A stretch of 64,000 nucleotides of DNA from Rebecca billardiae RCC1528 (Eukaryota; Protista; Haptophyta): assembly GCA_965240325.2 (NCBI GenBank), contig OZ251225.1, positions 1,736,001-1,800,000 of the forward strand. The letters run 5' to 3'. Position numbers and translations under genes: made by a program. Numbering within the stretch: position 1 is the stretch's first letter; the number at the start of each line of letters is the position of its first letter. Below the pieces are notes generated by a model, which had not been told where the DNA came from, made no database searches, and worked only from the letters and a program-made list of their open reading frames with translations. This document shows, piece by piece, positions 47,560 through 60,400 of the stretch.

Positions 47560-50500
47560 ATGGATGCGGCCCTCGCGTCGCTGGGCGTCAGGGTGGCGGC
47601 GACGTCGGAGGTCGAGCAGCATGTGGCCGAGCACGTGCAGGCGCAAGCTGAGCGGCTCGACGCCGTCCAGCGCCTCGACGCCCGGCTCGCGAAGCTCGAC
47701 AAGCAGATCGCGGCGACGCAGGCGCTGCTGAGCCAGCAGGTGGACGCGCGCAAGGATGCGCAGAAGGCGCGGCAGCACGCGCTGCAGCAGCACCGGCTGA
47801 CCGAGCTGCTCAAGGAGCGCGACATGGTCATCGCGCTCCGCCGCCAGCAAGAGGCGGCGGCGCGGCGCGCGATGCCGCCCTCGTCCGCCGCGCGCGTGCC
47901 GGGCGCGGAGGCGCCTCCGGTTGCCCCGGTGGAGAGCGCCAAGGCTCGGATCCTGCGCGAGTTCCGCGAGGAGGCGGCGGCGTTGGAGGCGCATGGCGCC
48001 TCGTCAATCCCGATCGAGAACGACCGCGGCTCGCGCGCGCGGCTCGTCACGACCTCCGCCTCGGCCACGCAGGCGCGCGCCGTTGCCCTACGCGCGTCGC
48101 TCGGTGGGCCGGCCGACGGCGACGGTGACGGCAAGCCGGCTGCCGCGGGCCGCGGGAAGGGCGCGGCCGGGAGCGTCGCGCCGCGGCTGGGCGCGCGCGT
48201 GCCCGCGGCCCCACGCTCCCCGCGCCGCCGCCCGCCGCCGCCGCCGCCGGACGACATTGACGACGCCGACGACCTCGCCTTTGCGAAGCGACTGGCGCGC
48301 GTGGCGGCGCGCGAGCGCAGGCGCGGCCGCGCCGCGCGCTCGCCGCGGCGCGAGGGGTCGGCGGCGGCGGGCGGCGAGGAGGCGGCGCGAGGCGCGCGCG
48401 CGCGCAAGGCCCCCAAGCCGGCGCGTAGCGAGCCGGACGTATCCGCACCGAACCGCGACAGTCAGCTCGAGCGCGACGCCGCGCTCGCCAGGGAACTTGC
48501 GCTGAGCGAGGCTCGGAGGCCGACGCGACGCGGCGCGCAGACGAGCGCGCGCGCGGAGGCGGGGGAGGGCGAGCAGGGCGCGGCGCGCGAGGGCGCCGCG
48601 CGAGCGGACGCGGCCTCGGGGGCCCGCGCACCGCGCGCGCCGCCGAGCGACGGCGAGAGCGGCAGCAGCTGGCACGAGAGCGACACCTCCTCCTCCACAC
48701 CCTCCTCGTCACACCGCTCCGCATCGCCGCCGCCAGAGGTGGACGCGCCGCGCGCCGAGTCGGGCGCGCGCTCGGGCTCGGGCTCGGGCTCGGAGTCGGA
48801 GGAGGGGACGGGGAGGGCTGCGCGGCGTGCGCGCGTACGCGACGCGGCCGCGCGCGCGGCGGACTCCGAGCCAGACTCGAGCTCGGAGAGCGAGAACGGA
48901 CTGCTCCCGCGGCGGAAGCGCAGGCGGCTGAGCGCGCGCGCCGCTGCTCGCACGGCCGGCCGCGCGCGCGGCGGCGGACCGCGGCGCCGCGCCGAGGCGC
49001 GCGTCGAGCTGGGCTCGGGGGAGGACGAGGAGGAGGATTGCGACGGCGGCGAGCGGCGCAGCGACGGCGAGAGCGAGTGCGACGACGAGCCCGCCGAGCC
49101 GCTGCCCCCCGTCGACGTGAGCGCGACGCTGCGCATGCCGGGCGAGGTCTGGGAGCAGCTGTTTGATCACCAGCGCGAGGGTGCGCGCTGGCTTGCCGAG
49201 CTGCACGAGCAGGGGGTGGGCGGGATCGTGGGGGACGACATGGGGCTGGGCAAGACGCTGCAGACGGTCGCGCTGCTCTCGTGCCTGCACCACTCGCGCG
49301 TGGGCGGCCCCGTGCTCATCGCGTGCCCTGCGACCATCCTCAAGCAGTGGGTGCGCGAGCTGCACCGCTGGTTCCCTCCCATCCGCGCATCCATTCTGCA
49401 CGAGTGCTCGGCGGGCTCCAAGGAGAAGACGGTCGCGCAGCGCGTGCGCGCGGCGACGACGGTGCGCGCGCCGGGCGACGTGTCGGTGCTGGTGACGACG
49501 TACGAGGCGATCCGCAGGCACGGCGAGCTCCTCCGCGCCAGCGCCGACTGGCGGTATCTGATCCTCGACGAGGGGCACAAGATTCGGAATCCGAGCGCCG
49601 AGGTGACGCTGGCGTGCAAGCTCTTCGGCACCGGCCACCGGCTGATCCTCTCGGGCTCGCCGATCCAGAACAACCTGACCGAGCTGTGGTCGCTGCTCGA
49701 CTTCGTCTTCCCGGGCAAGCTCGGCACGCTCCCCGTCTTCACGCAGCAGTTCATCGTGCCGATTGCGCGCGGCGCGTACACCAACGCATCGCCCTTTGAC
49801 GTGCAGGCGGCATACGAGTGTTCCGTGATGCTTCGAGATTTGATCGCGCCGTACCTGCTGCGCCGGCTGAAGCTCGAGGTGGCGGCGGGGCAGGCGCTGC
49901 CCGAGAAGACGGAGCACGTGCTCTTCTGCCACCTCACGCCGCAGCAGCACGAGCTCTACTGCCGCTTCCTCGGCTCGGAGGTCGTAAGCGCAACGCTCGC
50001 CGGTCGCACGACCGCGTTTGCCGCCCTCACCGCGCTGCAGAAGATCTCAAACCACCCGCACCTCTTCTCGTACGCGGAGGCGCAGCAGCCGGGCGGCAGG
50101 GGCGGCGGGAGCGGCGCGGCCGGCGCGGCCGGCGCGGGCCTCTTCGACGACGACGACGACGAGGAGGAGGAGGAGGGCGAGGCGCGCGCGCTGCTGCGCG
50201 CGCCGCGCGCGCCCGCCGCGTCGGCCGCGTCGGCCGCCAAGGCCGAGGCCTTCGGAGACCCAGCGCTCTCCGGCAAGCTCAAGGTGCTGCAGCAGGTGCT
50301 GCACGCGTGGCGCAGGGACGGGCACCGCGTGCTGCTCTTCTCGCAGACGCGGCAGATGCTCGACCTGCTCCAGATCTTTGCGCGCAGGTGCGGCTTTGAG
50401 CACCGCAGGCTTGACGGCGCGACGGCGATCGGCTCGCGGATCTCACTGATTGATGAGTTCAACCGAGACGAGTCGATCTTCCTCATGCTGCTCACCACGC

Positions 50501-51699
50501 GCGCGGGCGGGCTCGGGGTGAACCTGACGGGCGCGGACCGGGTGGTCCTGTACGACCCGGACTGGAACCCGGCAAACGACTCGCAGGCGCGCGAGCGCGC
50601 GTGGCGCATCGGCCAGCGCCGCGCGGTGACCGTGTACCGTCTGGTCAGCACCGGCACGGTCGAGGAGAAGGTGTTCCACAGACAGATCTTCAAGCAGCTG
50701 CTCTCGAACAAGATCCTGAAGGACCCGAAGCAGAAGCGGCTGTTCCGGCAGCGCGACCTGAAGGACCTCTTCGCGTACCCGCCGCACCCGGACGCGACGG
50801 ACGGCGGCGAGAGCGGCGGCGGCGGCGGCGGCGGCGGCTCGCCGGCGCTCGCGCGCGGCGGCGGTGCGCGCGGCGGCGCGCGCCCGGGCGCACACGTCCC
50901 CAGGCTGGCGTCCATCGTGGGCGCCGCCGATGGCCGGCCCGGCGCGGGCGCGCGCGGCTCGGACTCGGAGAGCCTCGCCGCTTCGGACGCCGAGCCCGAT
51001 GCGGCGGGGCGGCGCGAGACCAGCCTGCTGCGGCAGCTTCTCGACGGGCACGACGTGAGCGCGACGGTCAACCACGACCGCGTGCTCGCCGAAGACGTGT
51101 CGTGGCGCCTCACGCGCGAGGAGGCGAGCAAGGTGGCTCAGCGCGCGGCTGCCGCGCTGCAGAGCTCGAGCACGGCGGCGGCGCGCGCGCACACGCTCGG
51201 GGGCGGGCTGGGCCGCGCCCCCGCGCCGTCGGCGCGCCCCGGCCCCGCGGCCCCGCCGCGCTTTGGCCGCCCACCGCGCGGCCCGGCCGCGCCTTCTGCG
51301 CCCAGAGCGGCGCCCGCGCCGGCCGTCGGCGGCGCCGGCCGGCCTGGCGGTGTCGGGCTGAGCTCGCGCGATCTGATCGCATCCATCCGCGGGCGGCAGC
51401 GCGACATCGCCGACGCGGCGAGCGGGCTCATGCACGAGCCGGACACCTTCGCCGCCGCCGCCGGCGGCGGGCCAGGGCCGAGTCAGGCGGCCGCGTCGCA
51501 CGACGAGCAGGCGGCCATGCTGCTCCGGAAGCTGCGCGCGCACTTTGACGCACACGGCGGCTCGTCGACGACCTCTCAGCTGATCGGTGCGTTCGAAGCG
51601 ACGTGCACGGCGCACAGCATCGACAAGGTGCTCTTCCGCGAGCTGCTGCGCCAGATCGCCAGCCAGAGCGGCTCGCAGTGGACCCTCAAGCCGCGATGA
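47560..51699 (+). CDS. ERCC6: SNF2-family ATPase CSB/Rad26 (transcription-coupled repair)
   Basis: GGIVGDDMGLGKT, LDEGHKIRN, SGSPIQNNLTELWSLLDFVFPGKLGTLPVF, YDPDWNP, QARERAWRIGQ, and C-terminal FRELLRQIA...WTLKP. Confidence 0.92.
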   Translation: MDAALASLGVRVAATSEVEQHVAEHVQAQAERLDAVQRLDARLAKLDKQIAATQALLSQQVDARKDAQKARQHALQQHRLTELLKERDMVIALRRQQEAAARRAMPPSSAARVPGAEAPPVAPVESAKARILREFREEAAALEAHGASSIPIENDRGSRARLVTTSASATQARAVALRASLGGPADGDGDGKPAAAGRGKGAAGSVAPRLGARVPAAPRSPRRRPPPPPPDDIDDADDLAFAKRLARVAARERRRGRAARSPRREGSAAAGGEEAARGARARKAPKPARSEPDVSAPNRDSQLERDAALARELALSEARRPTRRGAQTSARAEAGEGEQGAAREGAARADAASGARAPRAPPSDGESGSSWHESDTSSSTPSSSHRSASPPPEVDAPRAESGARSGSGSGSESEEGTGRAARRARVRDAAARAADSEPDSSSESENGLLPRRKRRRLSARAAARTAGRARGGGPRRRAEARVELGSGEDEEEDCDGGERRSDGESECDDEPAEPLPPVDVSATLRMPGEVWEQLFDHQREGARWLAELHEQGVGGIVGDDMGLGKTLQTVALLSCLHHSRVGGPVLIACPATILKQWVRELHRWFPPIRASILHECSAGSKEKTVAQRVRAATTVRAPGDVSVLVTTYEAIRRHGELLRASADWRYLILDEGHKIRNPSAEVTLACKLFGTGHRLILSGSPIQNNLTELWSLLDFVFPGKLGTLPVFTQQFIVPIARGAYTNASPFDVQAAYECSVMLRDLIAPYLLRRLKLEVAAGQALPEKTEHVLFCHLTPQQHELYCRFLGSEVVSATLAGRTTAFAALTALQKISNHPHLFSYAEAQQPGGRGGGSGAAGAAGAGLFDDDDDEEEEEGEARALLRAPRAPAASAASAAKAEAFGDPALSGKLKVLQQVLHAWRRDGHRVLLFSQTRQMLDLLQIFARRCGFEHRRLDGATAIGSRISLIDEFNRDESIFLMLLTTRAGGLGVNLTGADRVVLYDPDWNPANDSQARERAWRIGQRRAVTVYRLVSTGTVEEKVFHRQIFKQLLSNKILKDPKQKRLFRQRDLKDLFAYPPHPDATDGGESGGGGGGGGSPALARGGGARGGARPGAHVPRLASIVGAADGRPGAGARGSDSESLAASDAEPDAAGRRETSLLRQLLDGHDVSATVNHDRVLAEDVSWRLTREEASKVAQRAAAALQSSSTAAARAHTLGGGLGRAPAPSARPGPAAPPRFGRPPRGPAAPSAPRAAPAPAVGGAGRPGGVGLSSRDLIASIRGRQRDIADAASGLMHEPDTFAAAAGGGPGPSQAAASHDEQAAMLLRKLRAHFDAHGGSSTTSQLIGAFEATCTAHSIDKVLFRELLRQIASQSGSQWTLKPR

Positions 51700-52291
51700 G
51701 AGCAGCGCCATATCACGTGCGCGCGCCCGCAGCCCTACAAGTACAACTAGTTGTACGCTATACTTAGTAGTAGTAACAAGTGGCTTACAACACGCTAAGT
51801 GGCGGCTAAGTCAACTATAACTTACTAATTAAGCGAGCAAGGGTAGCAGCTAGCTAACATCTGACTCTGACGAGGGCCCAACTCGATCGCTGCTGTCTGC
51901 ACTCTGCTGACTGAGTCCCGCCTCACCCCAGTCGCCACGGTCCCCTCCAATGAGTCCAAAGCCAGAGGCAGAGACCGGACTCCCGAGCCGTCACGGACAC
52001 CGCGGACACGGTACACGGAGCTGCCCGGTGACAGACCGATGATTGATGGCCCGATGCCCCCTGCCGGAACCGTGCCAAATGCCAAAAGCTCCGGAACTGG
52101 CCAGGCGGCCAACGCATCCGAGCTGTTGATAGAGCGCAGTGGCCCGTGCCGGCCGCCATCGGCGCTGTGTGCAGTGATGGACGGCGCATGCCCCCGGCGC
52201 GCGAGCCGCCGTCAGACCTGCCTGCACATCGAGCGAGCGAGGAGGGGCGCCTGGAAGCCCCCGCGCCCAACGCCCCGCTAGGCGCGAGGCC

Positions 52292-53651
<1,360 letters not shown>

Positions 53652-54033
53652 GCGGGCACGGCACAGAAGCACAGAAACATATATATATGTAGTGCAACGT
53701 TACGCTCGGTATGCGGTACTAACAGTGATGTACTCGGTCTGCTGCGGCAATGTCTTATGTCATATCCGGGATCTGCATTAGATCGTGCGGGCAGAGCCCC
53801 CCGCTGATTTTTGAGGCCCGGCCGGCGAGGCCGACGAAAATTTTAAACTGTGCCCTGGCGGGCGGGGGGGGGGTCGGCGGGCCGTGCCAGTGCTGTCGCA
53901 ATGTATCCTTTGCGGGTTCGCGTCTGTCCACATTCGCTCGTGGCCGTGGGTGACGGACAGTCGAGTGCAAGGACCAGTGACACGTGAAGTTGGCTCCCCG
54001 ACGTGATGTACACACGTTTCACGGTCTGTACTC

Positions 54034-54577
54034 TTAGAGTATTGTATGCGCATCAGCGAGGCCCACACCCACGAGGGAATGTGCAGCACGCGGGGCGGGG
54101 CGGGTAGCCCGTTGCTCCGCGCGAGCGCGGGTACGCGCTGTATGTGCCGCATGTCGACCGCGATGGCGTAATCGAGCGCCTCGCCGCCGACGAAGCCGCC
54201 AGAGTAGATCATGTGCATGTCCTCCTGCCGCCAGTCGAGAGCGGTCGTCGCGAGGATGCTTGTCGATGTGGGCTCCAGGCATGATGGGCTCGGCGCAGGT
54301 CGCGTTGACGTCGTACACGGCCACCACGCTGAGCACGAGCGCGTTGACGTTCACGCGGTCGTCGCTCTTCGCATCTTCGACAGGTCTGGCGCTCGCGTGC
54401 TCGGCGGCACGAGGAGCTGTTGGTTGTGCGCGCGCGCGCGCACAGCGACAGCGTGTGCCACTCGCGATCGAGAGTGGGCAAGCGCTGCTCACGCGAGCAC
54501 ACGAATCGCAGCGCATCCGTCACCGGCGTGACGACTTCCGCCTCGTCCCGCAGCGCCTGCGCCATGGACGAGGCCAT
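54034..54577 (-). pseudogene. Hypothetical gene fragment, apparently frameshifted and 3'-disrupted
   Basis: Coding-like MASSMAQALRDEAEVV..., plausible 58-nt intron 54443-54386 into PVEDAKSDDRVNVNALVLSVV. The coding-like text then continues in another frame (DWRQEDMHMIYSGGFVGGEALDY). Confidence 0.35.
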
Positions 54578-54853
54578 GGCGCGGCGATGTTGCATGCTCG
54601 ACGTTTCATCTCTCTGCGGATGGCATCACGGGCTTGTCTGTGTCGCGCTGCGGCGAGGGTCGCCAACTCGCTATGACGCGGTTGCTGCCACGGCGACAGA
54701 CCCGGGAGGTGCGTCCGCTGCGCGTCGTACGCCGTTGGCGCAGCGCTTCCGTCGCATTGGTCACCGTCGACGCCATGCAGGCCGGACGTGGGCTTCGGCT
54801 GAGGGACCGGCCCGCGAGCGAGGACTGAGTCCGGTGCGCTCCGGCGATCGAGT

Positions 54854-55963
54854 CAAGGGTGTCCAGGGTCCGCAACAGCCAGTGCGCAGCGCGGCAGAGG
54901 CTGTGACGTCGCGAGGTCGCCGCTCGCCAGTGGGACTCGCCCGCCCGCCGCCGTGCACGGCGGCGGAGCCGCTCGCGCCGTGCGCTCCTGCGGCCGTCGG
55001 ATCGGGCTGCGTAGGCGGCGCGCGGCTTGGGCCGTCGCTGAGCCACCCAGCGCCCCTCGCTGCGCCGCGCGCCTTCCTCGTCCTCGCCTCCTCCGCGCCC
55101 TGAAGCAGCACGCACACGCGCGGCGCCGCCACAAAAGCAGCGCAGGCGCTCGCGTGCAAGCGCGCGCGCGCAGCGCGCGACGGACTCGACTCGGTGTTCG
55201 AGCCTCTGCGGGGACATGCAGTGCTATCACATGCGCGCGCGACGCCACCTCGAGCCTGCGCGTTTGACCGTCAGTGCACGCTGATGCACGTTACAAAATG
55301 GTCTGACTTGGCATCATCACACGTGCGACGGAAGCTTCCACAACGGGCCTTGAGTACGTCGACGCGATCGATGCGGGGACGGTCATGCTTGCGTGCGCTT
55401 CTCTTGTGGTCTCCACGCTTGCTGAGAAGCGCCGCGTACGTAGCTGTCATCGTGTCTTGCCTAAGAAGTCGTCCTGACGCATGGCAGGTTCTGGTCAGAT
55501 TGGGCCTACTTCAACACGAGGACGTGTGAGCATTTGGCGCGTGACGGTCACAGCGATGCGCAAGTTCGAGGTGGCGTCGCGCGCGCATGTGATAGCACTG
55601 CATGTCCCCGCAGAGGCTCGAACACCGAGTCGAGTCCGTCGCGCGCTGCGCGCGCGCGCTTGCACGCGAGCGCCTGCGCTGCTTTTGTGGCGGCGCCACG
55701 CGTGTGCGTGCTGCTTCAAGGCGCGGAGGAGGCGAGGACGAGGAAGGCGCGCGGCGCAGCGAGGGGCGCGGTGGCTCAGCGACGGCCCAAGCCGCGCGCC
55801 GCCTACGCAGCCCGATCCGACGGCCGCAGGAGCGCACGGCGCGAGCGGCTCCGCCGCCGTGCACGGCGGCGGGCGGGCGAGTCCCACTGGCGAGCGGCGA
55901 CCTGCCTCTTCCCCAGCCTCTGCCGCGCTGCGCACTGGCTGTTGCGGACCCTGGACACCCTTG
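54854..55963. mobile_element. Foldback non-autonomous DNA transposon (P/Galileo-like), copy 2
   Basis: Same termini and nearly identical spacer to 40668-41779. 7-bp TSD ATCGAGT. Confidence 0.9.
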
Positions 55964-58069
55964 ATCGAGTTCAGAAGGCCGCGCCAAATCTTGCGTCGCG
56001 TGCGATGGCGCTTCCCGCCCGCGAGACGCCTCGTGATGAGGGCTTTCTCGCACCGAGCCCGACGCGCGACGGTGGATCGCGCGAGGCGGTCATCGTGCGC
56101 AGCGCATGATGCTGCGGCCGGTGCGAGCTTTCGACGTGCACGTCGGGCGAGGATCGCCCCAGGTCTCACGATCGTGTCGACGCGCCGAGCGTACCGCTCC
56201 AAATGCGTCGATTTAGCCCCCGTTCGACCTGCACGCGAGACGACGAGGGCAGCAATCGCGAATCGGGCGAAAACCCCCCTCGGGAGTCCTCTCACGATGT
56301 CCGCGCCGGCGTTGGATCTGGCGCGCGGCGCCCACGCGCTCCGCGCCATGGGCGAACCACTTTTCGGCCGAGCGTCCCCAGTGGGAGCTGCGAGGGCGCC
56401 CGGTAGTGAGCGAAGCGATTTTCTTTTCTCTGCGAGGCGATTTTCTTTTTTATTTTTCTTTTTCTTATCTTTTTCCCGGGCACTACAAGGGGCGGACCTA
56501 CGGCCCGCCATTGGGCCATTATTTTGGACGAGCAAATCTGGCATGCGCGCAAGTCGGTCAGCATGACGATGTTGCATCGGCATGGATGCCGCGGTGCTAA
56601 CTGGCCAGGGGCAGGAGTCCACCACTCAAGTAGTGAAGTCGGGACTGTCTTGGCCTGTCGGGTCTGTACTCGTAGTCGGGCCGCGCGCCGCGTCCCGGTC
56701 CCACTGGCACTGCCGACTGCAGCCAGTCGGCGGACCACGTCAGCCGCCAGTGCCGCGACGACGTAGCCTTAGTCCCGGTTTCTTCAGTGAATGATGACTA
56801 GTGTCTAGTGCGTATACAGCGGTATAGCGAACCAGCCAATCGCCTAGAATACTGTAGCTGGCACTCCTCAGTATCTAAATTCTAGGCCAGGTCCGCAGAC
56901 AGCAAAGCCCCAGTTTCTGAGCTATCTCCCTTGCACCCACCTGGGTATTGTTGAGCGGACTTCGTCTAGAGCTAGGTGCGTTGAAAGACGACGTTTGGCG
57001 CTTCATTCAAAGATACCGGTCGCCCTATGGGATTTCGATGAGATCTTACATATGTATTGATCAGTAGATGACCAAGAGTATATTATCAGCGTGGCGGGAA
57101 CGCCGGTTCGGGCAAATACCCGCGCAATGACATCTCGCGTCGCTTTTATGAATCTGGAGTGAACGGCGTTCGATATCTCAGACCTTCTTTATGATCGGTT
57201 TAACATGCGAATCTTACAATTCAGGCATCTTACTATGACGGAATGTTCGAACACACGGCTGGCGTTATGTGCTATTCCACCCTGCATTCCCCTAATAATA
57301 AGTGTTACTATCGTTAAAATTAGCATCCACTACAAACGCAATCATTGGCAGCGATATCCACTCATACCGGCTTGTCACACCTAAGGCCACCTATTCAAAA
57401 AAACCCAAAATCCTGCGCGCATCCTCTTTTTGATTTTGCGGAGCACGTGCGCCGCCGCCCCCCCCCCCCCCGGCTTTCGCTCACGCTCAGACCTTTCGGA
57501 AGGTGGTGCTTGAGGAGTCTGGAACTATAGCTATCCCTCTAAGTATCCCACCCATAAGTACACATACGAGAATGGGTAGACACGCGCGCTTCTCCTATTG
57601 AGAACGAAAATTCACATGAATTCGAAACTCGAGTGTAACCTCACAAAAATGGGAAGGTTACAGCCGACTACAGTCAAATAAATATTCTACCGAAACAAAT
57701 TACTTTTACGATCGCATAACTACAATTCCAATAACTACTATTATCAGAAAGGGTAAGACTCGGGACATTTTCCCGGAAACGCTCAACAAACAAAGACGTT
57801 GGTAACCAACGGAAAATTCAACCAGGTTACGACGGGTTACAGCCATTTAACTAACTAGCCCGCACTTGACATGGCCAATAAGAATTGAAATGACCAATAA
57901 GAAAAATAGGACGACATCCGTTCATTCTGAAAACAGTATTATAATAAATAATAATCCTCGCGTCTAATTGTATCATACGTTATGATTCAATATCCCATGA
58001 ATTAAAATAAATAAAACGTCTGCTAGATTACTTTTCTGCTGCGCAGTAGCTTGGATAGCAGCATAATTA

Positions 58070-58570
58070 TAATCACTTTCAACAATTAATAAATGACACG
58101 TCTGCTACAGTCGTATTGTTTTTAATAATGCGGCTCTTGCTTTTCATGATTAAACAAAACAAACAGCAGCCGTCAACGCGCTGAAAGAGAGGCGGCTCGC
58201 CATGTAACCGGTTACCGGGTTACAAGGTTACAAGACGTCGACTTTCAATAAATAAAACATCTGCCACATTATTGTTTTAGAATAATGCGGCGCTTGCTTT
58301 CATATGATTAAAATTTAAAAAAAACAGCAGCGTGAACGCGCTGAAAGAGAGGCGGCTCGCCATGTAACCGGTTACAGGGTTACAAGGTTACAACACGTCG
58401 ACTTTCAGTAAATAAAACATCTGCCACATTATTGTTTTAGAATAATGCGGCGCTTGCTTTTCATATGATTAAAATTAAAAAATAGCAGCGTCAACGCGCT
58501 GAAAGAGAGTCGGCTCACCATGTAACCGGTTACAGGGTTACAAGGTTACAACACTGTCAACACGTCGGAA
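58070..58570. repeat. About 160-bp AT-rich tandem repeat, 3 units, each ending in a GGTTAC cluster
   Basis: CGCGCTGAAAGAGAG recurs near 58177, 58337 and 58495. Confidence 0.9.
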
Positions 58571-60400
58571 GGCGGGGGCGGAAGGGCGACGACCTCGTAC
58601 AGTATGGCGCACGACGGCGAAGCACGCGAGTTTGCGGACGAAGACCGACGGTCACGCAACCGGTGGCGAACACACGCACCGATCTCTCGACACAGTCACG
58701 CCTTCGACACTCTGCTCGCGACCCATGACCGCGGCACCGCAACTCAAGGACTATTCAAGGTAGAGGGCCCCGCAACTGGCACGACGTTGTGGCCATGCTC
58801 GCTCACACAGCCAGCATACTCACCACCAATCGTCTTTACGTCAGGACGTCATCGGGTATGAAACGAGCAGTGCACGCGGTGCAGCGTACATACCGGCACT
58901 ACGCTCGCATTCGATCGCGCCAGGTGGATCAGCGGCCCGCTCGCCGCTCGGCGCACTCGGCTGATGGCAGCGGTACCCTTGTGTGCCGCTGTCGTAGTGC
59001 GAGACCCGCCGCAGCGCCACTGTGGGCGGTCATAGACGCGCCCTCCGCAGTGAAGCACGCTGGGTGCACATCTTCACCGCGCCCCACGCCCGCGCGCGCT
59101 CGTGCGCCCCCTCATTCTCTCTAACCGCGCGCCGCGTAGCCCACCACTGCCAACTGAAGCGGCACGCGCGGCCGCGCAAGCCGCAGACCCGCACCGGCCA
59201 GCTGTCCGTACGGCGTACGCAGCGCAACCCGCCACTTCACCGTGGCGCGGGGTCGACGTCTGGAAAGTAGCGAGATGCTGGGTGCCGGCGGGCTCGCCGA
59301 TCCTCCGAGCCTGAGGTCAGTCCGCCGGAGCGGAGAGTCGGGGCCATGCCCATGGCCGCCGCGCGGTGCCAATCATTTAATCAATCAGTGCGCATACCAT
59401 GAGACTGCGGCATCTGACGCCACTGTGCACTACGACTAATATTCACAAACACGCGCCACGACGGACCGGACTCGTGCCGTCTGCCCGGAAGTGGATCTAC
59501 GACTGACACCCGCACACGGCCCGGCAGAGCCACCCGGCGGCCGCTCGGCTCGGTATATCATGTCTGGCAGCCCGGGCGGGCATCGCCACTGTGAGCCACG
59601 AGCCACGCCCGCAAGGCGCAAGTCGCAACCACCGTCACGTTCGGGCCGGCTCGGTGCGCGGGTCGGCGCCGCCGCCGCCGTCGGGCGCGCGCGGGCGCAC
59701 AAGGCAAAGGCCGTGCGCGGGCGCAGCGCGCAGCAGGCCTGTCAGCCCAGCCTCGGCCTCAGCCGCCGCCCCTGCCTGCTGCGCCCGCCGCCACCGCCGC
59801 CGCCGCTCGCTGGGCCGCGCTCCCCTCGGCGCCGGCGTGCGCGCCCGCGGCGGCGGTGCCGTTCGGCGCGGCACGCGCGCGCATAGCCGCCGCAGCTCCC
59901 AGCGCAGCCACGCGACCCCGGCCGCGTCCAGCGCCACGCCGAGCCGGCCGCGCACGTGCGCACGCCCGAGGTGCGTGTGGCGCGCCCGGCCGGCCAGCGG
60001 CTGTCCCTCCACCACCAGCGGGCGAGCGCTGCAGCGGACGCGACGTGCGCGGCGCGGACGCGCACGCCGCGGAGCGGATCGCCCACCACCGCGCCGCGCG
60101 CCAGGGCCAGCGAGCCCGGCGGCTCGAGCAGCAGCACTGCGCGCGCGCTCGGTGCGCGCGCCCGCGGTCGGTTGTGGCGATGCCGGCCTTGAGGCGGCGC
60201 GCGCGTGCGCGCTGCCCCGAGCCGAGGCGAAAGAGGCGTGGCGCAGGTCGAGCGGCGGAGGAGGGCGTCAGATGCTCTCCCGCAACAGCCCGTCCGCATG
60301 CGCCGGCTCCGCGGGCACACCCGCGCCCGCAGCGCCGTGCCCCGTGCGCTCGCGCTCGCCCCGCCTGCGGAGCACGCCATCCGCACCTGGGGGCGCGGGC

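Noticed and set aside
53725-54011. 9-bp direct repeat GTGATGTAC flanking about 270 bp of TE-like sequence
   Set aside because: No convincing TIRs and no second copy in the window, so a TSD cannot be supported.
56800-58070. AT-richer non-coding block, possibly a TE end or RNA gene
   Set aside because: No tRNA, rRNA or snRNA motif, TIR partner or ORF that I can recognise.
58200-58550. GGTTACA clusters resembling fission-yeast telomere repeats
   Set aside because: Embedded in longer units and in both orientations; not a terminal telomeric tract.
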